Below are positions 22,352 through 33,434 of a stretch of DNA of 64,000 nt, piece after piece (position 1 is the first letter of the stretch; the number at the start of each line of letters is the position of its first letter). Source of the DNA: an uncultured Gemmatimonadaceae bacterium (GTDB lineage Bacteria; Gemmatimonadota; Gemmatimonadetes; Gemmatimonadales; Gemmatimonadaceae). Location of the stretch: contig CAVVTZ010000011.1 of assembly GCA_963751275.1 (NCBI GenBank), positions 359,529 through 423,528 of the forward strand, in the 5' to 3' direction. The notes below the pieces were generated by a model. It had not been told where the DNA came from, made no database searches, and saw only the letters and a program-made list of their open reading frames with translations. The translations under genes were made by a program, and so were the position numbers.

Positions 22352-23730
22352 CTCCAGTCCCGACGGCGCAGCGGAGGCGCGCAGCCACGCCGCCGCCCGC
22401 TCCCCGCAGCGTACGGCGTTCACGGCCGCGTCGGCGAATCCGATCGCGCGCAACCCGTAGCCCGTGATGAACAATCCGGGCATCGCATCCACGGCGCGCT
22501 CGATGCGCTCCACGCGCTGCACGTGGCCGAGTTCGTACTGCGGGATGGCGCGCGGCCAACGCTGGATCGCCTGCATCACCGGCGCGGCGGTGATCCCGTA
22601 CACGCGTGCGATCTCCGCGCGCGCGAGCGCCACCAGTTCGGCCTCGCGTCATCGCGCCGGCGTCCGGATCCACGCCGCCGCCGAACATCGCGCGGATGAG
22701 CACGCTGCCCTGCGGACTCCGCCCGGGATAGAAGCGGCTCTCCCACAAGTTGCCGAGGGCGCGCAGTCCTTCGCCGCGCGCGATGAGCGCGCCGAAGCCG
22801 TTCGGCACGCGCGCCGCCTCCGCAGCTCCGAAGCCAAGGCCGACCACCGACACCGGCGGGCACTTGATCGCGTCCAGCTCCGCCGCGAGCGCCGCGTCGA
22901 GCGGCCGGAGGAGCGGCGCGGCGGCGAACGGCTCGGCCGCGATGAGGACGGCGTCCGCCGGGATCATCTCGCGGTCACCTTCCACCACGACCGACCACCC
23001 CTGGTCCATGCGAACGATGGCACTCACCTTCGCGCCGAGCCGTACGCTGAACCCTCCGCGCGCCGCCACCGCCTCGGGAAAGCTCTGCATCCCGCGCCGG
23101 AAACTCGTGAGCGCGCCCGAGGTCGTCCTGCCCCGCTTCGCGATCATCCCGCGGATGATCGAACCGTGGTCGCGCTCGAGCGCGGTCATGCGCGGGAAGG
23201 CCGCTTCCACCGAGAGCGCACGCGCGTCGCCCGCGTAGATGCCGAGCGTCATGGGACGGATCATGCGGTCGGCCACCTGCGGCCCGAGCCGGCGCGCGGT
23301 GAAATCCCAGATCGATTCGTCGCCGCCGCCCGTGCGCCGCTTGATGAACGGTTCGCCCAACATCCGCAGCACGCCGCCCACGCCGAGAATGCCGTTCCGG
23401 ACGAGCGCGATGGGATTCGGCGCGACCTCCCGCATCGTGCCGTCGATCAGGATGAATCGGTGCGCCGCCGCGGCGTCGGCCGTGACGCGCTCCCCGTCCA
23501 TGCCGCAGCTCGTGATGAGCCGGTCGACATCCGGGCGCCCCCCGAGGAATCCGCCGGGTCCCGCTTCCACCAGCCAGCCATCGCGCGCGATCGTGCGCGC
23601 CTTGCCGCCCACCTGCGGACTCGCGCTCGAGTACGAGGATCTCCGCCGCGGCCGCGCCCACCGACTGCCGCACCGCCCACGCCGCCGCGAGCCCGCTGAT
23701 CCCGCCGCCGATCACCACGATGCGCTTCAT
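22331..23730 (-). pseudogene. hemY: FAD-dependent protoporphyrinogen oxidase (HemY/PPOX family), two frame shifts
   Basis: MKRIVVIGGGISGLAAAW is the dinucleotide-binding fold. The body of the protein is in ORF 22314..23612, and the C-terminus (WPRAIPQYELGH...GLFITGYGLRAIGFADA) is in ORF 22331..22633. The shifts lie near 23612 and 22640. Confidence 0.8.
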
Positions 23731-23732
23731 GG

Positions 23733-25157
23733 TCACACCGTGCGGCTGAACACCGGCTTCGCGGCGCCCGCGTGCTTCTCGCGCTGATATCGGTCGAAGC
23801 ACATCGCCAGGTTGCGCACGAACAGCTGGCCGACCGCCGTCGCCTCGATGCGCGCCGGCGTGACCGTGACCATCCCTTCCCGCTCGTGCGGCGCGAGCGC
23901 CGAGAGATCCGACGCGAAGTATCCGGCGAAGTCGATGCCGAACTCGCGCTCGATCGCGCCGGTGTCCACGCGGAAGTTGCACATTAGCTCGTGGATCACC
24001 TTGAGCCGCACCGCATCGTCCGCGCTGCGCGCGACGCCGCGCGCCACCGGCAGCTTCCCCGCCGCGATCATCTCCTCGTACGTCGACAGCTTCTTCTCGT
24101 TCTGCACGTACGCGCCGCGCACGTCGCCGATGGCGGAGATCCCGAGGCCGAGCACATCATCGCCGGGGATCACGGTGTAGCCCTGGAAGTTCCGGCGGAG
24201 CCGTCCCTCGCCGAGCGCGCGCGACAGCTCATCATCCGGCCGCGCGAAATGGTCCATCCCGATCGCCGTGTACCCCGCCTTGAGGAATTTCTCCCGCGCG
24301 ATCGCGAAGAGCGCGATCTTGGTCTCCGCGTCGGGGAGCTGGTCCTCTTCGAGCTTCTTCTGATTGCCGCGCACCCACGGCACGAACGCGAACGAATACA
24401 CCGCCGTGCGGTCCGCGCCCAGCGAGATCACGGAATCGATGGTGCGCTCGAAGCTCTCCGGCGTCTGCAGCGGCAGTCCGTAGATGAGGTCGACGTTGAT
24501 CCCGCGGAATCCACGGCGCCGCGCGTGCTCGATCAAGCCCGCCGTCTGCTCGAGGCTCTGCACCCGGTTCACCGCCTCCTGCACCGCCGGCGTGAGGTCC
24601 TGCACGCCGAGCGAGATCCGATTGAAGCCGAGATCGGCGAGCGCGTCGAGATGCGCGTTGGTCGTCACGCGCGGATCCGCCTCGAGCGCGAGTTCGGCGC
24701 CGGGCATCGGCCGGAATTCCTTGAGCAGCGGCGTGAGCAGGTCGGTGAGCTGCGCCGGCGTGTAATACGTCGGCGTGCCGCCGCCGAGATGGAGCTGCGC
24801 GACGCGCCGGCGGTTCGGCAGCCGCTCGGCGAGCATCGCGATCTCGCGCTTCAGCAGTTCGAGGTACGGCGCCGCCATCTCCTTGTGCTTGGTCACGATG
24901 ACGTGGCACCCGCAGAAGAGACAGCGCTCTTCGCAGAACGGGAGGTGCACGTACATCGACAGCGGCGCATCGCCCAGCCGGTCGGCCTCCGCGAGCCGCC
25001 GCTCATAGTCGTCCGCGGTGAACCCCTCGTGGAATTCGACGGCGGTCGGATAGCTCGTATAGCGTGGGCCCGGCTGGTCGTACCGCGCGAGCAGCTCGGC
25101 GGTGACGCTGCGGCTGACGGGCGCCGCGCCGGGAGCGCGACTCTTGGTGGCGCTCAT
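23733..25157 (-). CDS. hemN: Oxygen-independent coproporphyrinogen III oxidase (radical SAM)
   Basis: 474 aa and intact, with GPRYTSYPTA, the YVHLPFCEERCLFCGC radical-SAM cluster and LHLGGGTPTY. Confidence 0.93.
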   Translation of the reverse strand: MSATKSRAPGAAPVSRSVTAELLARYDQPGPRYTSYPTAVEFHEGFTADDYERRLAEADRLGDAPLSMYVHLPFCEERCLFCGCHVIVTKHKEMAAPYLELLKREIAMLAERLPNRRRVAQLHLGGGTPTYYTPAQLTDLLTPLLKEFRPMPGAELALEADPRVTTNAHLDALADLGFNRISLGVQDLTPAVQEAVNRVQSLEQTAGLIEHARRRGFRGINVDLIYGLPLQTPESFERTIDSVISLGADRTAVYSFAFVPWVRGNQKKLEEDQLPDAETKIALFAIAREKFLKAGYTAIGMDHFARPDDELSRALGEGRLRRNFQGYTVIPGDDVLGLGISAIGDVRGAYVQNEKKLSTYEEMIAAGKLPVARGVARSADDAVRLKVIHELMCNFRVDTGAIEREFGIDFAGYFASDLSALAPHEREGMVTVTPARIEATAVGQLFVRNLAMCFDRYQREKHAGAAKPVFSRTV

Positions 25158-26176
25158 GACGACTTCTCCCCGTGCACGACTTCGACGAGCGCGTGCACGC
25201 TGTCGATCGGTGTGTCAGGCATGATGCCGTGCCCGAGGTTGACGATGTGGCCGCGCGCCGGCACACGCGCGAGCAGCGCCCGCGCCGCGCGCCGCGTGGC
25301 GTCCGGACCGGCGAGCAGGATCGCGGGATCGAGATTTCCCTGCAGCGCTTTCGCGGCGCCGAGGGTCGTGCGCAGCGCCGCGAGGTCCTCGCGCCAGTCG
25401 ACGGCGAGCGCCTCGGACTCCAGCGCGCCGTACAGCTCGACGAGATGCGGCGCGTCCTGCACGAAGAGGATCCGCGGCACGCCGAGCGATCTCGTCTCGG
25501 CGAGATAGCGCACCGAGGTGCGGGCGCACGAGCCGCGTCCAGTCGGCGCGCGAGAGCACGCCGGCCCAGGTGTCGAACAGCTGCACCGCCTGCGCGCCGG
25601 CGCCCACCTGGCGCTGCACGTAGCGAATGACGAGGCTCGGTGAGCTTGGTGAGCAGCGCGCAGAGCAGCCCCTCATCGCGCGCCGCGAGCGCGCGCAGCG
25701 CCGGGAAGCCGGGGCTGCCCCGCCCTTGCACCAGATACGCGGCCAGCGACCAGGGCGCGCCGGCGAAACCGAGCAGCGTCGCGCGGCCGTCTAGCGCGCG
25801 CTGCACGCGGCCCAGCGCGTCGATCACCTCGGGGGCGATCTCGTCATCGGCCGGCTCGCGCAGCGCGTCCACATCGGCCGCGGTGCGCACCGGCGCGGCG
25901 AGTACGGGGCCCGGATCGAAGCGCACCGGCGACGCCGAGCGCGGGGATGGGGCTCATGAGATCGGCGAAGATGATCGCGCCGTCGAGCGGGAAGCGCGCG
26001 AGCGGCTGCAGCGTCACCTCGGCGGCGAGCTCCGCGCTCCCCGACAGTTCCTCGAAGCTGTGCTTCGCGCGCAGCGCGCGGTATTCGGGCAGATAGCGGC
26101 CCGCCTGCCGCATGACCCAGAGCGCGCGGCGCTCGGTCGCTTCGCCGCGCAGCGCTCGCAGCAGGATATCGTTCAT
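25154..26176 (-). pseudogene. hemE: Uroporphyrinogen decarboxylase, about three frame shifts
   Basis: The N-terminus ([12 protein letters not shown]...[15 protein letters not shown]), the middle (LLGFAGAPWSLAAYLV; VQLFDTWAGVLS) and the C-terminus (ALQGNLDP...HIVNLGHGIMPDTP) lie in different frames. The switches fall near 25930, 25650 and 25510. Confidence 0.85.
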
Positions 26177-26899
26177 GCGCCGTCTCCTTCGCCGTCGGCG
26201 CTGAAGCGGTAGCCGATGCCGCGCACCGTGTGGAAATGGCGCGGCTTCTCGGGATCCGGCTCGAAGCGCTTGCGCAGCCGCATGACGAAGTTGTCGATCG
26301 TGCGCGTGGACGGGAGCACGTCGTCGCCCCACACCTTCTCGAGCAGCTCGTCGCGCCAGACCACCGCGCCGCGCCGCTGCACCAATTCCTTGAGGATCAT
26401 CGCTTCCTTCTGCGTGAGCAGCTGGTCGCGCCCGTCGAACGACCGGCCGCGAAAGTTGCGGAAATCGAATTCGTTGCCGCCGAAGCGCACCACCGGCTCG
26501 AGCGCGGTGATCGGCGTCGTAGCGCACGCGGCGCCGCAGGATGGCGGACACGCGCAGCAGCAGCTCGCGCAGTTGGAACGGCTTCGGCAGGTAGTCGTCG
26601 CCGCCCGCCTCGAGGCCGCGGATGCGGTCGTTCGGGCCGCCCTTCGCGGTGAGGAAGAGCACCGGGGTGTCGCGCCCCTCGCGGCGCATCGTCTCGCACA
26701 CCGAGAAACCGTCCATGCCCGGGAGCATCACGTCGAGGACGATCAGATCGAACTCTTCCTGCCGGATCTTCGCGAGCGCGACGCGTCCGTCGCCGAGCAC
26801 GTCCACGTGGTAGCCCTCGGCCTCGAGGTTCTCGCGGATGCCGCGCGCGAGATTGAGCTCGTCTTCCACGAGCAGGATGCGGGGCGTCGTGTCGGTCAT
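26173..26899 (-). pseudogene. OmpR-family response regulator (receiver + winged helix), one frame shift
   Basis: The receiver ([15 protein letters not shown]...[15 protein letters not shown]...VLFLTAK...[10 protein letters not shown]) is in ORF 25844..27139. The winged helix ([13 protein letters not shown]...[24 protein letters not shown]...[10 protein letters not shown]) is in ORF 26173..26493. The switch is near 26510. Its stop overlaps the hemE ATG (ATGA). Confidence 0.85.
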
Positions 26900-27962
26900 G
26901 ATGCGACGGATCCCGGCCGCGGGCCAGATCACGGTGAACGTCGCGCCCTGTCCCGGGCCGTCGCTCGCCGCCGCGACGGTGCCGCGGTCGAGCTCGACGT
27001 GCCGGCGCACCAGGAACAGGCCGAGCCCGGTGCCACGCGTGCCGCCGCGCTCCTCGCGCTCGATCCGGTAGAACTTCTCGAACAAGCGCGCGGCCTCGTC
27101 GGCGGAGAACCCGCTGCCCTCGTCCTGCACCTCGAGCACGACCGACCCATTCGTGCGCGGACCCGCGGATGCCGCACGGTGCGTCCGGGCGGCGATGCCT
27201 TGATCGCGTTGTGGAGGAGATTGCGGAGCACGATGATGCGTGCCGTCGCGCTCGCCCGCACGGTCAGGTCACGCCGGCCACGCCGGCGTCGATCGTCACG
27301 CTCGCACTCGGCCGCGAAGCCGGCGAGCTCTTCGACGACGCTGCCGACCTCCTCGGCGAGCTCGATCGGTTCCGGCGTGCGGCGCGCCCGTCCGCGGCGA
27401 GGCGCGAGGCGTCGAGCACATTCGCGATCATCCCCTGCAGCCGGCCGAGCTCGACGAGCATGCGGCGCACGAGCTCGCCGCGCTGCGCCGGCGGCGGGTC
27501 GCGCATCGCGAGCGTCTCCACCGACAGCCGGAGGCTCGCGAGCGGACTCTTGAGCTCGTGCGACATGCCGGCGAGGAATTGCTCCTGGCCGCGCCGCAGC
27601 TCGGCCTCCTCACGGAGCGCGCGGTACGACGATCACCATCGCGCCGACGAGCACCACGAGGAAGAACGCGCCCTCCCACGCGTAGCGGTTGAGGCGGTGG
27701 AAGCGCTGGCGCTTCAGGTCATCGAGCACGATCGGCGACACGGCGATCATCGAGGAGTCGGCGCTGATCGTGAGCGCGGGGAACGCGGCGCTCAGTTCGC
27801 GCCAGCTGCGGCCCGAGCGCAGGAGCGCGCGCGCGACGACGCTGTCGCGGGTCGATACGTCGATTCCTGCGCCGCGAGCACGGCGCCCGTGTAGCGCACC
27901 TGGTCCACGAGCCACCAGCCGAGCTACGGTGGTGCAACGTGAGCAGGACGAGGAATCCACAT
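26896..27962 (-). pseudogene. Sensor histidine kinase cognate to the adjacent OmpR-type regulator, multiple frame shifts
   Basis: The recognisable pieces are TM2 (RYAWEGAFFLVVLVGAMVIV), the H-box (MSHELKSPLASLRLSVETL), the N-box ([15 protein letters not shown]) and G-boxes ([10 protein letters not shown]...GTGLGLFLV...GATFTV). They are spread over three frames. The start (ATG 27962) and end are approximate. In the given sequence the last frame runs into the regulator without a stop. Confidence 0.65.
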
Positions 27963-28002
27963 CTGCAGGCGGCGGGTGCGGCGGAGCGTGGTCGGCGTGC
28001 GC

Positions 28003-29312
28003 TCACGCGAGCAGCGCCTCCGCGGGAGCGGCCAGCGCGGCCGCGAGCGCGTCGCGCAGTCGCGCGAGATGCGCGGGCGTGTGCGCGAGCGAGAGGAACC
28101 CCGCCTCGTACGCGGACGGCGCGAGCGCGATGCCGCGCGTCGAGCAGCGCGTGGAAGATCGGCGCATAGCGCGCCGCGGCGGCGCCGTCGATGCGCTCGG
28201 CCGCGCGCGGTGCGGCGCCCGCCTGCAGCGAGATCCAGAAGAGCGAGCCGGCGCGCACGAGCGCCGCCGGCTCCGGCGCGGCCGCGAGCACCGGCGCGAG
28301 CATGGCCTCGAGCGCGGCGCCGGTCGCCTCGAGTTGACGCCAGCCGTCCTCGCGCTCGAGCACGTTCAGCGTGGCGAGCCCCGCGGCCATCGCCGCCGCG
28401 TTCCCCGAGAGCGTGCCGGCCTGGTACACAGGACCCTCGGGCGCCAGCATGCGCATGATGTCGCGCCGACCGCCGAACGCGCCCACCGGCAGTCCGCCGC
28501 CGATCACCTTGCCGAAGGTCGCGAGGTCCGGCGTGATGCCGAGCAGCTCCGCGGCGCCGCCCTGCGCGAGGCGGAAGCCGCTGATCACCTCGTCGAAGAT
28601 GAGCAGCGCGCCGGCCCGCTCCGTCTCGCGGCGGAGCGCCGCGAGAAATTCGGGCCGCTGCAGCAGCAGGCCGTTGTTCGCCGGCACCGGCTCGATGATC
28701 ACCGCGGCGATCTCGTCGCCACGCGGGCGCAGCAGCGCGGTGAAGGCCGCTTCGTCGTCGAGCGGCAGCACGAGCGTCTCGCCGCGCGAACGCCGCGGGA
28801 ACACCGGCCGACGACGGCGTGCCGAAGGTCACGAGCCCGGAGCCGGCCGCCACGAGCAGATGATCCGCGTGGCCGTGGTAGCAGCCGGAGAACTTCACGA
28901 TCTTGTCGCGCCCCGTGTAACCGCGCGCCACGCGGATCGCGCTCATCGTCGCCTCGGTGCCCGACGAGACGAAGCGCACCTGATCGAGCCCCGGATACCA
29001 GCTCACGATGCGTTCGGCGAGCTCGATCTCCGTCTCGCCCGGCGCGCCGAAGCTCGTGCCCCGTCCGCCGGCCGCGATGATCGCGTCGCGGACCGCCGGA
29101 TGCGCGTGGCCGAGAATGAGCGGCCCCCACGAGTTCACGAAGTCGACGTAGCGCTGGCCGTCCACATCCTCGAACTCCGCGCCGCTCGCGCTATGGAACA
29201 CGAGCGGCGTGCCGCCCACCGCGCGATACGCGCGCACCGGCGAACTCACGCCGCCGGGCATCACGCGCTCGGCGCGCTCCATCCACGCTTTCGACGAGGC
29301 GCCGGCGCTCAC
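28003..29312 (-). pseudogene. hemL: Glutamate-1-semialdehyde 2,1-aminomutase, two frame shifts
   Basis: [44 protein letters not shown] and [17 protein letters not shown] (PLP lysine) are all present. The frame switches are near 28795 and 28135. My re-translation recovers the C-terminus [18 protein letters not shown]...EALLA* ending at 28003. GTGA overlap with hemB. Confidence 0.88.
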
Positions 29313-30319
29313 AGCCAGCCTCCGGCGAGCGCTTCGCGCGCGTGGTACGTGATGACGATCTCCGCGCCCGCGCGCGCCATGGCGTGCAGGTTCTCGCGCA
29401 CGACCGCTGCCTCGTCGAGCCAGCCGGCCCGCGCGGCGGCCTTCACCTGCGAGTATTCGCCGCTCACATTGTACGCCGCGAGCGGCAGGTCGGTCGCTTC
29501 GCGCACGGCGCGGATGATGTCGAGATAGGCCAGCGCCGGCTTCACCATGAGCATGTCCGCGCCCTCGCGCGCATCGAGCAGCGCCTCGCGCACCGCCTCC
29601 GCCGCATTGCGCGGATCCATCTGGTAGCTCCGGCGGTCGCCGTGCTGCGGCGCGCTGTCCGCGGCTTCGCGGAACGGGCCATAGTAGGCCGACGCGTATT
29701 TCACGGCGTACGAGAGGATCGCGGTGTTCACGAATCCGCGCTCGTCGAGCAGGTCGCGGATCGCACCGACGCGGCCGTCCATCATGTCGGATGGGGCCAC
29801 GATGTCCGCCCCCGCTTCGGCGTGCGCCGCGGCCATCTCGGCGATCGGGCGAAGCGAAAGATCGTTGTCCACTTCGCCGTCGCGCAGCACGCCGCAGTGG
29901 CCGTGGTCCGTGTACGCGCACAGGCACACGTCGGTGACGATAACGATGTCCGAACCGAGCGCGTCCTTCAGCGCGCGGATCGCCCGCGGCACCGTGCCGT
30001 CGGGATCGCGCGACGCCGCGCCGTCGGCATCCTTCTCGCCGGGCGCCGGCGTGCCGAAGAGCAGCACCGTCCGCACGCCGAGCTTCCGGTCCGCCTCCAC
30101 CGCGCGCACGAGCGGCTCGATCCCCAGCCGCGCGATCCCCGGCATGGACGCGATCGGCTCCTGGCCGCGCGCCGATGGGAGCACGAAGTGCGGCATGATC
30201 AATTGATCCGCGCGCACGTGCGTCTCGGCGACGAGATCGCGGAGCGCGGGAGTGTGGCGGAGCCGGCGCGGGCGCGTGCGCCCGGGGCTGACGAGGGTCT
30301 CGGTCGTTTCGGTGATCAT
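29309..30319 (-). CDS. hemB: Porphobilinogen synthase (delta-aminolevulinate dehydratase)
   Basis: 336 aa and intact from the ATG at 30319, with [29 protein letters not shown] (Zn-type Cys cluster), [10 protein letters not shown] and [10 protein letters not shown]. Confidence 0.93.
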   Translation of the reverse strand: MITETTETLVSPGRTRPRRLRHTPALRDLVAETHVRADQLIMPHFVLPSARGQEPIASMPGIARLGIEPLVRAVEADRKLGVRTVLLFGTPAPGEKDADGAASRDPDGTVPRAIRALKDALGSDIVIVTDVCLCAYTDHGHCGVLRDGEVDNDLSLRPIAEMAAAHAEAGADIVAPSDMMDGRVGAIRDLLDERGFVNTAILSYAVKYASAYYGPFREAADSAPQHGDRRSYQMDPRNAAEAVREALLDAREGADMLMVKPALAYLDIIRAVREATDLPLAAYNVSGEYSQVKAAARAGWLDEAAVVRENLHAMARAGAEIVITYHAREALAGGWL

Positions 30320-31050
30320 GGGAGCGCCTCCAACATGCCATCGAGATCGGGCCGCCGCGCCTCGGCGGACACCGGGAGTCCCACCGCCGCTGCGGCCGCC
30401 GACGTCGTGGGACCAATTGTGATGACGCGCGCGTCCGGCGGGAAGTGCGCGCGATTGACGAAGCCTTCGGCCGCCGACGGGCTGGCGAGCAGGATCGCGT
30501 CGATCCCTTCCGCGGCGAGATCGCGCTTGGGCCCATCGGCCGGCGCCGGGATCATCGCGTAGACGTTCACGCGCGTCACGGGGACGCCGGCCTCTTCGAG
30601 CGCGCGCTCGACGTCCGTCCGTCCGTACACGGCGCCCGCGACCACCACGCTCGCCTCGGTGGCCGCGCCGCCGAGCCGCTCGAGCAGCTCGTGCGCCAGA
30701 CCCCGCGCATTGCTCTCCGTGGCGACCAAGTCCACGCGGCCCAGCGCCAGCGCGGCGGCGCGCGCGGTGACCGGGCCGACGACCGCGACGTGCAGCGCCC
30801 GCGGCAGGGTGCCGTCCACGATCGCGCCCACGGCCTCGGCCGCGCGCCGCGAGGCGAGCACCAGCCACGACGCGTTGGCGATCGCCGCGCGCAGCGCGCG
30901 GGCGGTGTCGGCGTCGTGCATCGTGGCGATCACCAGACACGGCATCACCACCGGGACCGCGCCGAGCTTCCGGAGCCGCGCGGCCCAGCGCTCGGCGTCC
31001 TCCGCCGCGCGCGTGACGAGGATCCGCCGCCCCGCGAGCGCGGGCGTCAT
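30316..31050 (-). CDS. hemD: Uroporphyrinogen-III synthase
   Basis: [19 protein letters not shown] shows HEM4-like organisation. ATGA overlaps link it to hemC on one side and hemB on the other. Confidence 0.8.
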   Translation of the reverse strand: MTPALAGRRILVTRAAEDAERWAARLRKLGAVPVVMPCLVIATMHDADTARALRAAIANASWLVLASRRAAEAVGAIVDGTLPRALHVAVVGPVTARAAALALGRVDLVATESNARGLAHELLERLGGAATEASVVVAGAVYGRTDVERALEEAGVPVTRVNVYAMIPAPADGPKRDLAAEGIDAILLASPSAAEGFVNRAHFPPDARVITIGPTTSAAAAAVGLPVSAEARRPDLDGMLEALP

Positions 31051-31964
31051 GCGATCACGGCGGCGGACAATGCACCCCACGCCAATGCCGCCAGCGCCTC
31101 GGGATCATCCCCCATCACGTCGGCGCGCGCGACCGAGCCATCCTCGCCACCAAGCATGGTGTAAAGATGCAACGTCGCACCGCCGGCGTCGCACCATGCG
31201 CCAAAGGGGAGCGCGCAGCCGGCCTCGGCGAGACCAAGCAGCGCACGCTCGGCGCGCAGCGCGCGCGACGTGCGCGGGTCGTCCAGCGCGGCCACCGCAG
31301 CGAGAACGCCGCCGGCATCGCGCCGCACCTGCACCGCGATGGCGCCCTGCGCCGGCGCCGGCACGAAGCGCCGCGGATCGAGACGCGTGCGCGCGATCTC
31401 CACCGGCACGAGCGCCGAGCCGCTCGCGCGATCCAGACGCTCGAGACCGGCTGCCGCGAGCAGGATCGCATCGAACTTGCCGTCCGTGAGCGCGCGAACG
31501 CGCGTAGGGACGTTGCCGCGCAACAGCGCGATCTCGAGGTCGGGGCGCGCCTCGGCCAGGAGTGCTTTGCGCCGCGCCGCCGACGTGCCCACCCGCGCAC
31601 CCGCGCGGAGCGGGATCGCTCCGGCGGACGCGTTCGCCGCCTCGGGGCGCACGAGCAGCACGTCCGCGGCATCGAGCCGTTCCGGCACCGCGGCCACCAC
31701 CAGTCCGTCGGGGCTCTTCGACGGAAGGTCCTTGTACGAGTGCACGGCGACATCGGCGCGGCCGTCGAGCAGCGCCGCTTCGATCTCGCGCACGAACACA
31801 CCGAAGCTGCCGACGTCGGTGAACGCGCGGTCGGTGACCTGGTCGCCGATCGTGGAGATCACGATCGTCTCAGTGGTGTGCCCCGCGGCCTCGAGGCGGC
31901 GCGCGACATCCGCCGACTGCGCGCGCGCGAGCGCGGAACCGCGCGTGGCGATGCGCAGTCTCAT
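31047..31964 (-). CDS. hemC: Hydroxymethylbilane synthase (porphobilinogen deaminase)
   Basis: 305 aa and intact, MRLRIATRGSALARAQ...AVHSYKDLP...LLRGNVPTR. Confidence 0.93.
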   Translation of the reverse strand: MRLRIATRGSALARAQSADVARRLEAAGHTTETIVISTIGDQVTDRAFTDVGSFGVFVREIEAALLDGRADVAVHSYKDLPSKSPDGLVVAAVPERLDAADVLLVRPEAANASAGAIPLRAGARVGTSAARRKALLAEARPDLEIALLRGNVPTRVRALTDGKFDAILLAAAGLERLDRASGSALVPVEIARTRLDPRRFVPAPAQGAIAVQVRRDAGGVLAAVAALDDPRTSRALRAERALLGLAEAGCALPFGAWCDAGGATLHLYTMLGGEDGSVARADVMGDDPEALAALAWGALSAAVIA

Positions 31965-33306
31965 GATTCCTCCAATTCCTGCTCGATGAGCATCGCCACG
32001 CCGGACTCTCCGGCCGCGTCGTGCAGCTGCTTCGCGAGCTCCGGCTCGGTGTGCGACAGGAAGGCTTCGACCGCGGCGGGCCCCGCCTGGAAGACCAGGT
32101 CGCGCAGCCCCACGGACGGCACGTGCGCGAAGCGCCGCGCGAGCGTCTCCGCCCAGCGGCGCACGGCATCGCGTTCGGGCTCGCCGAGCGCCGCCAACTC
32201 CTGCTTGAAGAGGCGCTCGACGCCCTCGATGGCGGTGTGACGGAAGCGCCGGTGCAGGTCGGCGATCATCGGTCCGATGAGCCGCTCCGCCATCTGGCGC
32301 CGGAGTTCGGTGAGCGACGTGTCCACGATCTCGCGCGCATCCGCGAACTCGCCGATCACGCGCTCGCGATCCTCGGCGGCGGAGAGGGAGATCTCATCCA
32401 TGCCGACGCGCGGGACGTCGGCGGCGATCGCGTCCTCGGGGGTGACGTTGGGCGGGATCGCGAGATCGATGATGAGCGGGCTCTGCGCCGACGGCGTGCG
32501 CGCCGCGATGCGCTCGAGGTCGGCGCGCGCGAACACGGGCTCCTTCGCGCCGGTGGCGACGATCACCACTTCCACGCCGTCGGGCGACTCGCGGAACGCA
32601 GTCGAGCGAGCGCGCCTCACCCTGCACCGCGCTCGCGAGCGACTGCGCGCGCTCGAGCGTGCGGTTCACGATGACGACGCCGGTGCCGGCCGCCGCGAGC
32701 TCGCGCGCGCACTGCTCGGTCATCGGCGACACGCCTACGAGCGCGACGCGGCCCGGCGTGCGTGCCAGGCGCTCGCGGGCATACCGCACCGCGACCTGCG
32801 CGAGCGATACGCGGCCGATCCGTCCTTCCGTCACGGGCCGCACCTTCTTCGCCACCCGCAGCGCCTCGGTGAAGAGCGCATCGAGGTGCGGTCCGAGCAG
32901 CGCGAGCTGCCGGGACCCTTCCACCGCCTCGCGCACCTGGCCCACGATCTCGCTCTCTCCCACGCGCGCCGACTCGAGGCCGGCGGCGACGAGGAAGAGA
33001 TGCTCGGCCGCGCCTTCGCCCTGCCACGCGCGCAGCGTGTGCTCGGCCTCGCCGGCGCGCGGCTCGCGGCCCGTGAGTTCGGCGAAGATGCGCCGGCGCA
33101 GCACGGGGCAGCGGCGTATGGCCGTCGGAGGAGAACACCACCTCCACGCGATTGCACGTCGCGAGGTAGACCAGCTCCGGCACGCCGATCACCGCGGCGA
33201 GCCGCGGGACGCACTCGGCGCGCTCGCCCTTGGCGATCGTGAAGGACGCGATCGTATCCGCGGTCCCGTGTCTCCAGGAAATGCCGACGACGCCGATGCG
33301 GTGCAT
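31961..33306 (-). pseudogene. hemA: Glutamyl-tRNA reductase, two frame shifts
   Basis: The N-terminus (YLATCNRVEV) is in ORF 32617..33306, the middle (VAAGLESARVGESEIVGQV, RVALVGVSPMTE) in ORF 32394..33104 and the C-terminus in ORF 31961..32620. The switches are near 33110 and 32615. Confidence 0.87.
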
Positions 33307-33434
33307 GTGCGCTCCCGGTTCCGAATGATCACGCCGCGTGGATCACGCGACACGGGGGATGCTATCCATGCGCGCAAGGCGTGTGTCACAGGAATGTCAT
33401 CGCCCGTCGGGGAATCCCGGGCGCACGGGCATGA

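Noticed and set aside
33307-33434. Possible riboswitch or leader in the 128-nt hemH-hemA gap, which contains the small hairpin cgcgtg-gat-cacgcg.
   Set aside because: I recognise no conserved riboswitch core. The short 6-bp stem is unremarkable. It is kept only as the place to look for an operator of the embedded two-component system.
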